A stretch of 64,000 nt of DNA, from contig NC_045696.1 in NCBI RefSeq assembly GCF_009834535.1, positions 26,042,001 to 26,106,000 on the forward strand, read 5' to 3'. Below are positions 23,461 through 36,630 of this stretch, one piece after another. The DNA comes from Camelus ferus (taxonomy: Eukaryota). A model generated the notes under the pieces. That model made no database searches. It had not been told where the DNA came from and worked only from the letters and a program-made list of their open reading frames with translations. Positions within the stretch are counted from its first letter, which is position 1, and each line of letters opens with the position of its first letter. The position numbers and the translations under genes are program-made.

Positions 23461-26400
23461 GCATTTGACTTTCTGGTTCAAAATACAGAATATTTCCCAA
23501 ATATAATACGTTTTTAAAGAAGAAATATTGTATCAGATATTTTCTAAAATTTGACTCCTATTATTCTAGCTGAATTAGAATCTTCTCATGGGTCTCACAT
23601 TCATTTGATCTCCTAATGAAGTTTCTGAGAATTTCATGTTCCTGGTGTGACAAATTTTGTAAATGCTTACTGTGCTAATGTGTTTTGATTTGATACTGTG
23701 AACTCTTGTAAATAGGTATGATTGGGCTAAAATGTGGAACATCTTGAAGATCATACGGAAACTGAAGAAGTTACAGGTTTCCTGAGACAGAAACACTGAA
23801 GATAAGATTTGTAACAAACCCTCTTAGAATTGACCATGGAAAGATGATAAATGATATTTACCTCATATGTCATGATAACTGTTTTTTAAAGAAGATATCT
23901 GTGCCCTCTTTTATCGGGGGTATGGGAAAATGTATCACTTACAAGCACTCAATCACTGTGACATAAAGAAATAGCAAACCTTGAACATGTCAAAACAGTG
24001 CCTGCTCAATCTACTTCTTTTCTTGAAGGCTGAGTTTATCCTCAATATTACATTCCCAAAATAAGTAGTCTTTAAAATATGACGCTTATTTTATGGTAAG
24101 ATTTTACAAGATGTTATAAGAAGGTATGTGAACTTACACAATACATAACAATTTAAAATAAAAATAAATTTTAGAGAAAAATATTTGGATGGGACAGCAG
24201 TATCTGTAGCTGTATCTTAAGTAGAATATAAAGGCATTAGTTTATAAAAAAAAGTTAGCTTAGTTTTGCAATGTTAAAATCAACTTAAGTTACTGATGTT
24301 AGCACTCTTTTGTGTTCTTTATAGCTTTATGAAAAAGAGACAGAATAATTTAGGCTGATTAAACACTGAGTTTGAAACCATATATCTGTTCTTCTTTGTC
24401 ATGAAATATTATTCTGTGGAAAATTTGACCTTTTTGCCTAAAGAATGCATGAAATTTTTTCAAAGATCCATATCTCCATTAAACACCAATTATATCCCAA
24501 ACATTCATGAAAAACTAGAATACAATTAAATTGGACGATTAGCTTAATCTTATTGGAAAATTCTAACTGTGCTAGAAAGTACTCTTTTTCTTTAGTCATT
24601 TGCAACTTTTGGAAGGTACATTATCTCTGTCTAAAATGGTAAACATGAATTCTGACCTCTACTGGTAACTGTTCTACCAGATGTTTCTCAGAATAAAAGA
24701 TACTGTCTCTGAGACCTCTGTAAACAAATCCTGACCTGAATGCCTCCTTTAGCATTCCTCTCAATTTAACAGTTAAAAAAGAGCTCTATTTTCTTTTCAA
24801 ATAAAAACTATGTAACTTCTTTTTAGAGAAAACTGTGAAATGCAGCATTATTATCTGTGAAACACAGCATCTTGGCAGGCAGCATCTAGCAAGGAAGGCT
24901 TTACTAGGTTTTGAAAAGAAGAGTTTTTTTTATTTTATTCAGTGGTTAGACTCTTGGACTGTAAGGAATGTGAAAGTCTGTACACAATCATTATACTGAT
25001 GTAACTTGAAGGAACTGAAATGGTAATGTCTGTGTTCTTCATATAACTTATGGTGATGTATACAAATGCTAAGGTTGCCCATCTCAAAGGTGAATAGCCC
25101 TGCTGGCAAGAACCATCCATGTAAATCTCAGAAAAAGTATCTTCAGTTTGAAAGTACATTTTGTAGAGATGCTTCTGGAAATATATCAAACTTTATAAGC
25201 AAAAAAAATTGAAAGAAACACACTTCCTGAATTTTTATTCAGGGAGATAAAAATAAATTATCAACCTTGCCTTTCAAATATAGGCTTCCATTAGATACTA
25301 AATAAACACATTATGTATGTCTGCGTTATTTGTCTAAGTTCTTATGGTCAGTTAATAGTAATAGAAAGTAATAAAAAGAAGTAATAGAAAGTAGTGTGAT
25401 ATGAGCACCACATATTAATGTGACTTACTGGGTGACAGGTATTGCACTTTGTACTATTTCATTTAGTCCTGAAATACTCCTAATAGGCAGTGTAAGTTTA
25501 CTGGGAGAATAAATTAGTGTGAGCACCTTAATTTTTTGACCTGTTGTGCCACCAGCTTGTCCAGTAGAGAGCCATAAATTGAGCAGAGAGTCTTAATTGT
25601 TCAGGGACTCAGTGATAAGGCTAAATACTCATGAGGGATTTCTCTAGATCATTCATCTCTTTAAAAGTGCGACCTAAGGCAGATAGGAACCATGATCTCT
25701 AGGGATAAGAGGCTAATGCGTTAAACTTGTACACTGTGTTGCTTTTGGTATTCACCATTTTGCCCTTGGTTTTTCTTTTTGCTGAATAAAATTCAAAGCA
25801 GTGTAAATAACTTTTTTAAACACACATATTGCTGAAAGCTTAATTCAATTGGGCAAGACTACAATTTATGATTTGGTTGTTAATTAGACTTAAGGAACAA
25901 AGCTAATGCTGTTCCATTTAGTGAGAAAGTCCTCTAAGGAGGAGAGAACTGACCAATATTGGTTCTCCTGCTGGGAAAACACTATGCATAAACAAGTCCC
26001 CAGTGTTTCATTACTGAGCCTTTTAGACAAACACAAAACGCATCTTAGTTTATTTGAAAATCCTTACAGTGAAGCTTTATTGAATATCTATAAATTTTTC
26101 ACGTTGACATGTCAAAGACTTGTAAAAGTATACTGGCAAGCACAATACACATTATAAATAGCACTTTTCCTTTAAATGTAAGATGATTGTAGATAGTACA
26201 CAGCATGGTCATAAGATGAATGTGATTCTGTTTGGGGAAGAAATTGTGTGAATGAATAGTAGTATTTCAACAGAAAGGTAAAATGTACTGAACAAAGTAA
26301 GCAATTTAATATTATTTAGAAAAGTTGGGTGTGCAGTGTTTGATGCTTAGCAGAGAAAATGTCATTTGGGTGTGTCATTCTCTTTTCCTTTTTTAACAAG

Positions 26401-29379
26401 ATAGTTCAAAAATAAAATTTAAATGCCAACACATCCTCAATGCAGTCATTTTATCTTCGTAGGTATCCTGTCTTCATGAGTTTATGAAAAGATGTTCTGT
26501 TTTTTTCTATCTTATAAATATGTTTTTAATATACTGACCATGCTTTAAAGAAGAAAAGAAAGGAAGAAAAGAAAGTATTTTCCTAAGAATTTAAAATGGA
26601 AATCCTCCAATTCATAAAGTCAACGAGTGGGTTTGGATTTGGACTACCACAAATTTTCTGGCTTTGCTGGGTTTTAATTATATATTTATCAGAACTAATT
26701 CTTATAGAATAAGGATACCTTTTAATATGGACTGCAACTATCAGTTTTAGCCATCATTTTACTGTTAGTAATACAAGTTATCTCCCAATTAATTTAAACT
26801 GCTAGGTATCTTTTCTTAGCTAATAAGTATTTTCCAATATAACAAATAGGATGCTGTAAACAAAATTGTTTCTCATTAATTTTGAGAGATCTTTGTCTTC
26901 TTGATGACAGAGCACATTTCCGTTTTGACACTTACTTTGCTTTACAGATATTAGAATATGTTTCCTCATCACGTTCACAGAATTGCCTAGTCTGTAACTG
27001 GCATGCCAACATTTAAAAGTCAACAGTGTTTCAATATAGTTTGAGTTTTCAATCTGGTAGGATAACCAAAGCTTGAAGGAGTAAAAATGGCTCTCAGAGC
27101 AAAATTTGTGATGGTATGGTTACTTCGTGACTTTAGAGAAGATGTGAATTTCCAGGGCAGAGTCCTACCTAGTGCTGTGAGAAAAACGGCACAGAAAGTA
27201 TTCTTCTTGATATAAGGGCTTACTGAGATGATCAGGAGAGAATTTTTGATGGATGTGTGGACCTTTGGAATTTTCGTGCATTTAAGTCAACAAAATAATT
27301 TTATGAACAAATTTTTTTTTCATTTTGCTAATAAGGCCTTGGCCTTGGAGTAGCAGAATGTGAGGTCATGACCTAATTAGCAAAGGTAAATAAAACTATA
27401 TCTTCATCCTGGTAGAGAATTCTTCTTTGAAAAAGTTCTTTTTTAAGTGGTACAAAATCTCATATACTTTTAAAATTTATGCAAATACGCAGAACTGAAA
27501 AAATGCAAGAATAAAAGCGAAGTACTCCTCTCCTTTTTTTGAAGTCCTACTTATTGAGTATAGGCTAGAAATTATCTATTTGACCCATGTGTATGTGTCT
27601 GTTTTTTAATGTGGAAATTAGGAATATACATTTTCAGATATAATTAGGTTTTTTGTTGTTGTTTTATTGTCCCCAAACAACTGTTAAAATCAAATGAAGC
27701 AAAGACTAACTTTTATGTGAGATGACAGCTGATTCCAAACACCAGAGGGCATGGAATACTGATTTAAAGATTTTATTTTTATTACTTCATATCCAATCCA
27801 GAAAATTTTCCTAAATGTTATAGCTAGTTCTAATTGATAGTAAGATCAGTGGCAGCTTAATAGATCAGTGTACAGCCTTAGTCCAGATTCTCTGGCGATT
27901 CTCCATTTAAGCTCTCTTCTTGTCATTGGCCTCATTCACTGCTAACCTCTTATTGTCCTGTGTCTTTGAACCTGCTACTCTTATGTAAGTTTGCTAGTGC
28001 CAAACTTAACATAGTTACTACCTTTAGTGAATCCTTTCTCAAGATGTTGTTTAATCTCTTTCGTATCCTCTGGTCATTCCAGACTCCAGACTCCTTCGTG
28101 TGTGTTAACATTTCCTGATTGGATGCAATGGATTTGTATTTAAGATTTCTTTTGCTATCTGCAGAAGATTGAGTTAATTCATTCAACTCAGTATGTGATT
28201 CCAGAGAACTCATTAATTGCCAAGATTGAATGTTTATAGGGTAAATTATATTTACAAATCTCTTTTACTAATCTGAAAAAAATATTCCCCAAATTTTCTG
28301 AAATCAACATCAGGTTAACTACTATTATTAACTTCTAGTATCTTTGATGTGTTGTGTTATTTAGAAGTGCCCATTAAATGACAAATTTTTGTCCTTCAGA
28401 CCAAAATTGAAAAAGTAAGAATGCATTATTGGGTTATTAGGAACATGCCAATGGTTGAAAGGGTAATTACTGTGTAAAGCTTGATTTGTATTATTTGATT
28501 TATGTCACAGAGTCATTTTTCATAGTAATCATTATAATTTCTTAGAAATTACATCAGGTGGCTTTTGGAAGAAAGAATTTCAGAATAAAGGGGCAATGTT
28601 ATTAGGATTTTCCATGTTAACAGTGACATTAACCCCTCCCCAAATCTTAACCCATGACATAAGTGTGTTGTTTCCTTTCAGTGACTAATATTTTTTAAAT
28701 TTGTTTTTCAATTTTATTAAATTCAAATAAACAGGAGACAATACAAATTATACATAGCATCTGATTTTTTTCCTTGCTACTTTTGCCAAACCAGCAATTT
28801 ATCACTGCAGCTTTTAATATTATATTTGACTTGTTTACAACACATAGAACATTTTCTTATTTCAGTTTGCACATGTGCATTACTCTGGTGGGCTGGAGGA
28901 CAGAAGTTGATCAATGAAATGTTAAGTAAGCATTTGTGAATACAGAATGAATATAAGCTCTTTTTAGAAAGAGAACTTATTGAAGTTGCTTCCTTACAGT
29001 TTTTCCTGTTTTTTAAATGAAAATAAATGCACTGATGATCAAGGTCAAGAAAAAAAATTCTAGGCTGATAGTAACATTATAAATGAACTCAAGGAAAAAG
29101 GAGTAGATAAGATAAAATAATTTTAAAGATTATATTCACTTCCTTTTGAGAATTAATCAGGCATTAAGATTTCTGGAAATACTATAATTAACAGCAAATA
29201 TTTTAAATCTATCATATCTATATTAATACAATTTTATAGGCTTATTTTATAAGAAAAAAGTTCGGAATGAAACATCAGCAATTATAGACTTCCAAATACA
29301 GCTTTTAATAATTGCATATACTTGCCTTGCAAATTCCAAAAGGAAGCACACTTGTTACAGAAGTACTGAAACGTATAGA

Positions 29380-29800
29380 ACCTAAATCTGTCAAGTTAAC
29401 TGTCAAATTAACTGTCTTCCATGTCCCTTTCCCCACCTACCAGACCTCATTAAATTAATCTGAAAAGAACACTATCTCTTTAAGGCCGGGAGAGTATTGT
29501 GCTGATGAGCCAGGGGCAGCCCACCAATTGGCAGACCCCTTGGGTGATAAATGTCCAAAGACCTCTAGGCTGACGACACATTTTTCATCATTAATCCAGT
29601 CCATTGTAACCAGGGCCACTCACATTGATTCGAACTAGGGGGCATCATCTGCCATTAAGAGGGTGATGACTCGCTAAAAATGAAGGCCTGAAACTAATCA
29701 AATACATTTAGAACCTTCCCTGGCACCTTGCTGGAGGGCAGCAGGAGCGAGCTAATAGGGAGCAACAGACAGGTAGCGCAAGGCTCTGCTTGCTTTGTAT
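29380..29800. promoter_or_regulatory. Candidate conserved enhancer block
   Basis: Repeat-free and GC/CpG-richer. Tandem CTGTCA at 29388 and 29400, TAATCC 29592, CATTGT 29602, CTCF-like gaactagggggcatc 29632-29646, CATCTG 29646, TAATCA 29696. Confidence 0.55.
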
Positions 29801-31281
29801 GGGAATGTGAGAATTCTGTTTGAAAACCTGTTACGTAGTTTTAGCTATTATACGTTGTAGTACGAATGTATATGTGTATTAGTCCAATACCATCCCTACT
29901 TGAGTGTTCCGTTAAACATGTGATTTTGAAATATCATACTTTTATCCGGAAAATCTAGAAACTCAGTTATAAAGAATCAGAATCCTCAAACTCAAATCTC
30001 TTTGGGATTCCTAATTAGTTTTGTGTTTTTGTAAGTAAGTTTGTAGTTGATCATTTGAGAAAAATATTAATATTTATTTTACTGAATTAGCAATATTTGA
30101 TGAGGTGAACATCTCTTTTTCCCCTTGCAGAATTCAACAATTTGGCCCTCTTATACTTTTATTTTTTTTACCTAATAACTTGATTTATTATATGTTTTAT
30201 CAGCATATACATAAATACATTGTGGTAGTTCAAGGGATATATCTATATACATAAGCATTTTATTATTAATATATGCATATATGTTCATTTTAGCTTAACC
30301 TTTTATTACTTTATATTGGTAAAAATAGCTCTGGTTAAGTCATAACTAGGATCCAAAAGGTAGTGGTTAAGCAAACTTGGGTGCCTCGGGCAAACACAGA
30401 AAAATATGTTCTTTATTTCCTGCTTGTACCTGATTAAGCAAATAGGAAATAAATTTAAACGACTAGATTTATTCACTGGAAAATTTAACTTACATACTGT
30501 ACATAATAGAATCAAAAAAGGAAGGGCAAAATTTGGAAAGAATTTGGCTTAATTAAAAAGAAAAAAGAGAGACCTAATGAAATTCCTTGTTATATTATAA
30601 AGAAGAAAGCAAAGGAGGGCAAAGAAAGGAAATAGACAAAGTAAAATGAACAATGCAAACCCTCTAACTATTCAGATAGTTCCAGTGTCTTCCTACGTGA
30701 AACCACTGGCTATCTCCCAAAATATTTTATGGAATTATGAAATAATATTTCTGCTGGACAGAAATGCTTCCACATGATTTCTCTGGAGGAAGGTCATCAA
30801 TCTCATTTTGAAATCTTATTTCCTCCAAGTACCCAAGCTGAAATTTCATGCCTTTCATGTTTGCAAGTTTTAATGAGGGTGATATATGTAGTTATCAACT
30901 ACTTCTAGTGTTGGCTGAACTTATGTGGAAAGCTTCATTACTGAGCAACAGATGACTTAACTTTATGTACCTTGTGATGAATCTTCACAGTCAAGTTCAT
31001 CTTAACTGAGTCTGTATGACATAGTGCTAAAAAGCATCAGGTTGTAAAGCATCATGTAGGAGCGAAAAAAGAGACTTTATTATGTTCTTTAAAAACCAGG
31101 TTTCATTGTGGGGTATGTTGTTCCCAGTGAAGACAAGTCGGGGGCTAGTCTGAAAATGGTTGGAAAAGGGGGAAATTGATCTGAACACTGCTGACTTCTG
31201 TATTTCCACCATCAAAAATAGAGTGAGAGTGAATCAAACATCCAAATGCAAAGGAAGATGAGAAATAATTCATATGCTTCC

Positions 31282-31570
31282 TGGGGTAGGCAAAACAATG
31301 GACTACCAAAGATGTCCATCCTAATCCCCAGAACCTGTGACTATGTTACCTTACAGGACAAAAAGGGGTTTTACAGATAGAATTAAGATAGGGCCTTGAG
31401 ATGGGGAGACTACCCTGCATTATCTAGGTGGGGTTAACCTAACTGCATGAGTCCTTAAGAACTGAGAACCTTTCCCAAGTGTACTCAGAGGGAGATGTGA
31501 CTGTGAAGGGTGAGTCAGAGAGAGCAAAATTGCAAGCTTTGAATATGGAGAAAGCAGCCACCAGCCGAGT
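31282..31570 (+). mobile_element. ERVL-MaLR LTR 5' part (MLT1D/E-like)
   Basis: ccaaagatgtccatcctaatccccagaacctgtgactatgttacctta...ccttgagatggggagactaccctgcattatctaggtggg. Confidence 0.85.
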
Positions 31571-31574
31571 CTAT

Positions 31575-31690
31575 TTATTTATTTACCTTCTGGTCCCCCA
31601 GCTAGAATGCAAGCTTTACAGGGGCCAGAAGTTGGTACTGTCGGTCCTTGATACATAACAGGTGCTCAACAAATATTTGATTGAATGAAA
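31575..31690 (+). mobile_element. L2 3' end
   Basis: ctagaatgcaagcttt...acataacaggtgctcaacaaatatttgattgaatga. Confidence 0.75.
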
Positions 31691-32129
31691 ACACTAGTGA
31701 ACCAATGAATCAATGCTGCAGAATATGGTTTTTCAAATTTTGATAACCCATAAAGATATATCTCATGATTTCTTATTTACATTAATTACTTAGAAATAAT
31801 GTATATTCATGGCACACTAGAGCAATGGAGGAAAAGTTCTTTATTTTCAGCCTATCTAAGCTTTCCCCAAGCCAGTCAAGAATTTCCTCTTGACTCCAGT
31901 GTGCAAGCTTCTACAATCTTGTATTCAGAAGTCCAGCTGAGAGAGAAAAAGAAGTGCAGTAAAGAAGGTATATACTTTGCATCTAGAGAGTTAGTATTTT
32001 ATCCTTAAATTGAGTTAAGGCCTCAAAATTGGATGTGCCCCATATGATCGTGCCACTAAGGTCTGTCCCTCCTGGACCTTCCATTATACTAGGGAAGACA
32101 CTAAATAAGAAGAATCCATTTTCAAGAAG

Positions 32130-32660
32130 TAGGTTAGGGTAAGTCCTGGGTAGCAATTAACAGCATGCTAGACAAGGAATAGTGGGGAGGCTGTCAGGGT
32201 GTCACTGCTGAGGAGGGAACATGTGAACTGAAACTTGAGGATGAGAAGTGATTAGTCTCATAAAGAGCTAGGGGAAAAGAATTTCGAGGATAGGGAACCA
32301 CCTGCCTAAAGTTCCTGAACTGAAAAGGCAGCGGGCTGATTTAAGGAGGGAAAATACACCCAGTGGCTGAAGAGGAGTGAACAAGGCTGCAGTGGCCCAA
32401 CTATGAGAGCCTTGAGGACCACAGCAAATAGTTCAGATTCTTTTGGTCAGGCCCCAAAATGTTTCATAGAAGACATTTCATTTCAGGTATTTCATAAAAG
32501 TGTATCTCTATTTACAGTGCTTGGTCTTCAGTGATAAACTTTAAATAGTCCCTACTCTCAAAGAACCGAGACTCTAGAGAGACAGATGTATAAACAGATA
32601 ATTACAATACAGTGTGATACATATAAATGACATAGTAATCAATAGTAATGATTCCCAGAA
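32130..32660 (-). mobile_element. L2 fragments
   Basis: gaggagggaacatgtgaactgaaacttgaggatgagaag and tagtccctactctcaaagaac...aattacaatacagtgtgata. Confidence 0.65.
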
Positions 32661-33169
32661 GGGTAATATTCGGTGGTTGATAAAGTGAAATGTTAGCCCC
32701 TTTGGTGAAAATATTTTATAATCTCTTGCAAGATTCCATCCTAGGTTTTCATTTCCCTGTGGTAGCATCACTCCTCAACTCTTTCTTTAATGCAATTGTT
32801 TTTCCTCTTATTTTGTTATGCATTGGGGTTTTAATCTAAGGTGACTTGAATCATAAGATCTTTGCCTTTCTCCCTTGGAAACTGAGACAGAGAACCAGGA
32901 GCCAGAGGCATCAAATGAGCTTAAGTGAAATGAGTCACTGGTCTCTAAGTGGTGGTGTCCAGGGAGCAGACACAAGGTATTCAGATAAAAATCACAAAGG
33001 CTAATTCAGCTGTTTTCATTATGGGTTAAAAGTCAGTGATTCCGTAGTCAAAATAGTTGACCTCTTGTTCCTCAGCTAATTCATCTCTTCACAGTGGACA
33101 GTCAGTGATGCTGGCTATCCTTATTCTGATAGTCTCAGTCACTCTTTGCATCACGTGTAAATAGTGTGC

Positions 33170-33430
33170 TTGTAGAGGTTCATGAACTAACATGGACTAT
33201 TCCATTATGCAGTGTTGAATGTAAAGAGTAAGTGGAAAAAGAATGATTTCATTTATATCAAAATTTTTAATTTCTGTAATTTTACATGTATGTGTATGTG
33301 TAAGAAATGGTATGAAAAATCACCCACAAACCTATCTTCTCTAGGAAAGGGGACTGTATTTTATTTAGAAGGTATTATGGATTGTTTTTATTTTAACAAT
33401 ATTATTTTAGCTATTTACAAGGAGATAATA
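33170..33430 (+). mobile_element. Ancient L1 (L1ME-like) 3' UTR remnant
   Basis: aactaacatggact...agtgttgaatgtaaagagtaagt...atgatttcatttatatcaaa pattern. Confidence 0.45.
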
Positions 33431-33899
33431 GTAATGAAATATATACCAATAATTTGGGTGTGTGTAACCTGTGGAATCTATTATATGTAATCTAATTATT
33501 GTAGGCTAAGGGAATAAAATGGAAAACATTTTAAAGATTGCAGGTATCACTATTTTTGGTAGCTGTCCATGGTATTAGGTCAATTTCAGAGTCACAAAGA
33601 GCAACACAGTAAATGCAAAATAAAAAAGAAAAATTAAATTAGTATTACTCTCTTTGGTCCTATAAATGTTTTTCAAAAACAGCGTTTATATTGTGCTATG
33701 GGTTGTTTGAAGTTCCTGTCGACTGGTTTGTTCATGTCTAGTGAAGATGATGCTCCTAGTCTGCATGCAGACTAGATGTTCCCTCAACTGTAAGGTATTA
33801 GCAGAAGAGCTATAGTTCAGCTTCTTTCTTAGTCATGACCTGGGCCTGACTGTGGACAAAGAAAAAGAAGACAGCACCTAAGTGCTTATATATTAGGTT

Positions 33900-34189
33900 G
33901 AACAAAGGGAAACAATTAAACATGGGATGACTAAAGCAAGATAAAATATACTTTAACAAGTTCTTTTCCTACAGAATCTCTCTGCTTCTACTTGATGATA
34001 ACAATGTTTCTTTCCTCCTAGTATAAGGAAGGCCATCTTTCACATGGACATTTTATCTCCTACTTTCATGAAGAAAAAGGGAGGTCAGAGCGCCTTTCGT
34101 GTACCTGCTGCTTTTGAAGTGCCTTTTGCTCAAAATTATCCTTATGTCAAAGTGGCATATTTTAGACTGCCATATTCTGCCACTCTTCA
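33900..34189 (-). mobile_element. ERV1 LTR fragment (MER34/MER39-like)
   Basis: gtgccttttgctcaaaattatccttatgtcaaagtggcatattttagactgccatattctgccactcttca is the reverse complement of a MER34-group 5' end. Confidence 0.75.
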
Positions 34190-34429
34190 GACATTGACTG
34201 AAGGAAACATGATTTAAGCACATTGTTTAAATAACAAACCAATTGACAAATAAGGATTGTCCCAGACACTATAGGCCATGCACTCCCTTTCCCCACCAAG
34301 GCCTCAGATTCTAGGCAATCCATAATTACACAGTTGCAAGTCTTTCTTTGCTGTAAAGAGTATATATAATTTGAATGCAGATATTTTGCCTGCTGCCCTT
34401 TGTCACTGCTCCTGTTCTATTTATAATTT

Positions 34430-34640
34430 CTCAAGCACCTACTAGGTGCTGGTCATTATCACTATATCACTTACCTAATTTCTATGACATCCTTGAAGGA
34501 TAAGATAGTATTATCCTCATTATGCAAAATGTGGATAACCAAAGCTACAGGGATTTTAGGTTACTTGCTCAAGGTCACTCCTCTCATATACAGAACAACG
34601 TGGAGTTGAAGCCAGTTCTTTTTGGATTCTCTGCTCTTTC
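34430..34640 (-). mobile_element. MIR
   Basis: tattatcctcattatgcaaaatgtggataacc...ggttacttgctcaaggtcac. Confidence 0.75.
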
Positions 34641-35154
34641 TACAATTTCACATTCTATTCCTTTGTTTGGTGAGGCAGCACCTTACTGATTCATTGTTTA
34701 AGGAGATTTATAGTATAATGTAAGGGCAAAACCGTTTGTCAAAGTAGCAAACCCCATTGAAACCATCTGTGCTTAACTTGGAATTTGAGCATATAATGAC
34801 AATGACAATTTAATTTTTTCTTATTTTTAAGCTGTATGTACTGTATTGTTCTTTATGACTCTGAATTGATTAAATAAGACTTTGAATAGATCAAGAAACA
34901 GAAATATTTTAGAAACTCGTATTTTTTAATAGTTGAAAGTATAATCCTGATTTTTCTATCTTTTAATCCTACATAAAAGTAGTTTACTTTGTCTTACTTC
35001 ACCTGGACATGTTATCAGAACAGAGTATCTATTTCTGCATGTTCATGTTGGCATGCTCATATTGCACTGAGCTCATGAACATCTGCATTTGTTCCCTAAA
35101 ATTTCTTTTGGGATTCTGTGTATACTGTACTCATAACTGGACTGGGGAGTTTAG

Positions 35155-35330
35155 GGCAGAAATACTCGAACTTTATAACACGAGAAGCACTGAGTAATTT
35201 GTTAAAAATCCAGAATCATGGAACCATCCCCAGAGATTCAGATTTAGTGAGTAGGGGGCAGAGACTACGAACCTCCATTTTCATAAACATCAGTAGTAAC
35301 TGAGGGACGCATGGTCAGACTTTGACTGAA
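35155..35330. mobile_element. MER5A-like hAT-Charlie MITE
   Basis: ttgttaaaaatccagaatcatggaaccatccccagagattcagatttagt. Confidence 0.7.
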
Positions 35331-36467
35331 AAGTGGTTGGGTTATAAGGGCTTTCCAGTTCTGAATGTAATAAAACTACAGTACAGGTAACTCCACAGAG
35401 TAATACTTGCAGGCTATGAAAAGAAAAAAAAAAGAAAAAGAAAAAAGCAAAGTCATCTAAGGACAAACAGAAACAGGAAGTAATCATGAAATCGTGAATG
35501 AGGATAGGGTACAAGGAAAATAAATATTTTCTCCTGGATTTTCATTGAAAGTTTCTGCTATACTTCTATTTTTATAGCAAATAGTGAAATATAATAGCAT
35601 TTTTATATTATCTGGATCTTAGTTTTGAAGTCACTGTTATTATTTCCATTAAAAAAGAGACCTATATTCTAAAATCTACATTAAAATACATTGTTATGTA
35701 ACCATCTCAAAAGCCAATTTCCTAAATATTATTTATCTTTGGATCATACCTTGATCTTTAAAAATAAACAAATTATGGATGGCCTAATAGGTTTTACTAA
35801 CCTAAAAATTATACATCCAGATAACTCACAAATTTCTGGGATTTAAACATATTGCATATACAAGCTGTTTAGAGCTAATTGGGGCGTGGGTGTGATTCCC
35901 ACTTAATCTATGTTTTGATTAAAATAGTAACTTTACTTTTGGCATGCCCAAATAAGTATGCACATACTCAGAAATCAAAGACAGAGTCAAGAGTACTATC
36001 AAAGATCAGAGAGACGGTGGCCAACTGTGAAATTACTAGTTGCTGGGCTTTTTCTCTGTGTTTTGAGCATGTTTCAAACTGCTATAGACAACATTTTCTA
36101 TAGCATAGAACACTTCTGCCTTACAGTACTTCATTCAGATTTGCTCCGTGTGATTACATGTCTGTCTTCTAAGAGAAATGCTGAATAATTTGAAGAAAAA
36201 CAAATCGGTAATATTTCAGGAGGGATGACATAGTAACAGTGACTAATATTTTTAATGTATGCCTATCCCATCATGCTTCTCATTAAAACTTGGGAAAATG
36301 ACCAGGGTGGGGCTTGTTCTGAAATACAGTTATTCCTTCCTGTCCTTCTAACTTCATTACTCATTTAAAATTATTCTTCATAGGCAATTCGATTTTCCAT
36401 AGCAGCATGAGTAATGGAATCATTATGTAAGAAAGCCCTCAACTTATTACTTGACTTTGTTCCTGCC

Positions 36468-36630
36468 ATCCTCCTTCCCTTTCCTCTTTCCTTCCTTCTT
36501 TCCTTCTTTCTTTCCTTTTTTCTTTCCTTTCTCTCTCTATCTCTCTCTCTCTGTCTCCCTTACCGCATCCCACTCCCTTGTCCTCTCTTTTGGTTTGTAG
36601 CTCTCTCTCTTTCTACTTGTTTCTCTCTTC
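36468..36630 (+). repeat. CT-rich low-complexity tract, (TTTC)n/(TC)n
   Basis: Read directly. Confidence 0.85.

Noticed and set aside
30110..30140. Strong-looking acceptor ctttttccccttgcag (similar ones near 48490 and 58938)
   Set aside because: No matching donor or exon-like composition downstream. Such decoys are common in introns.
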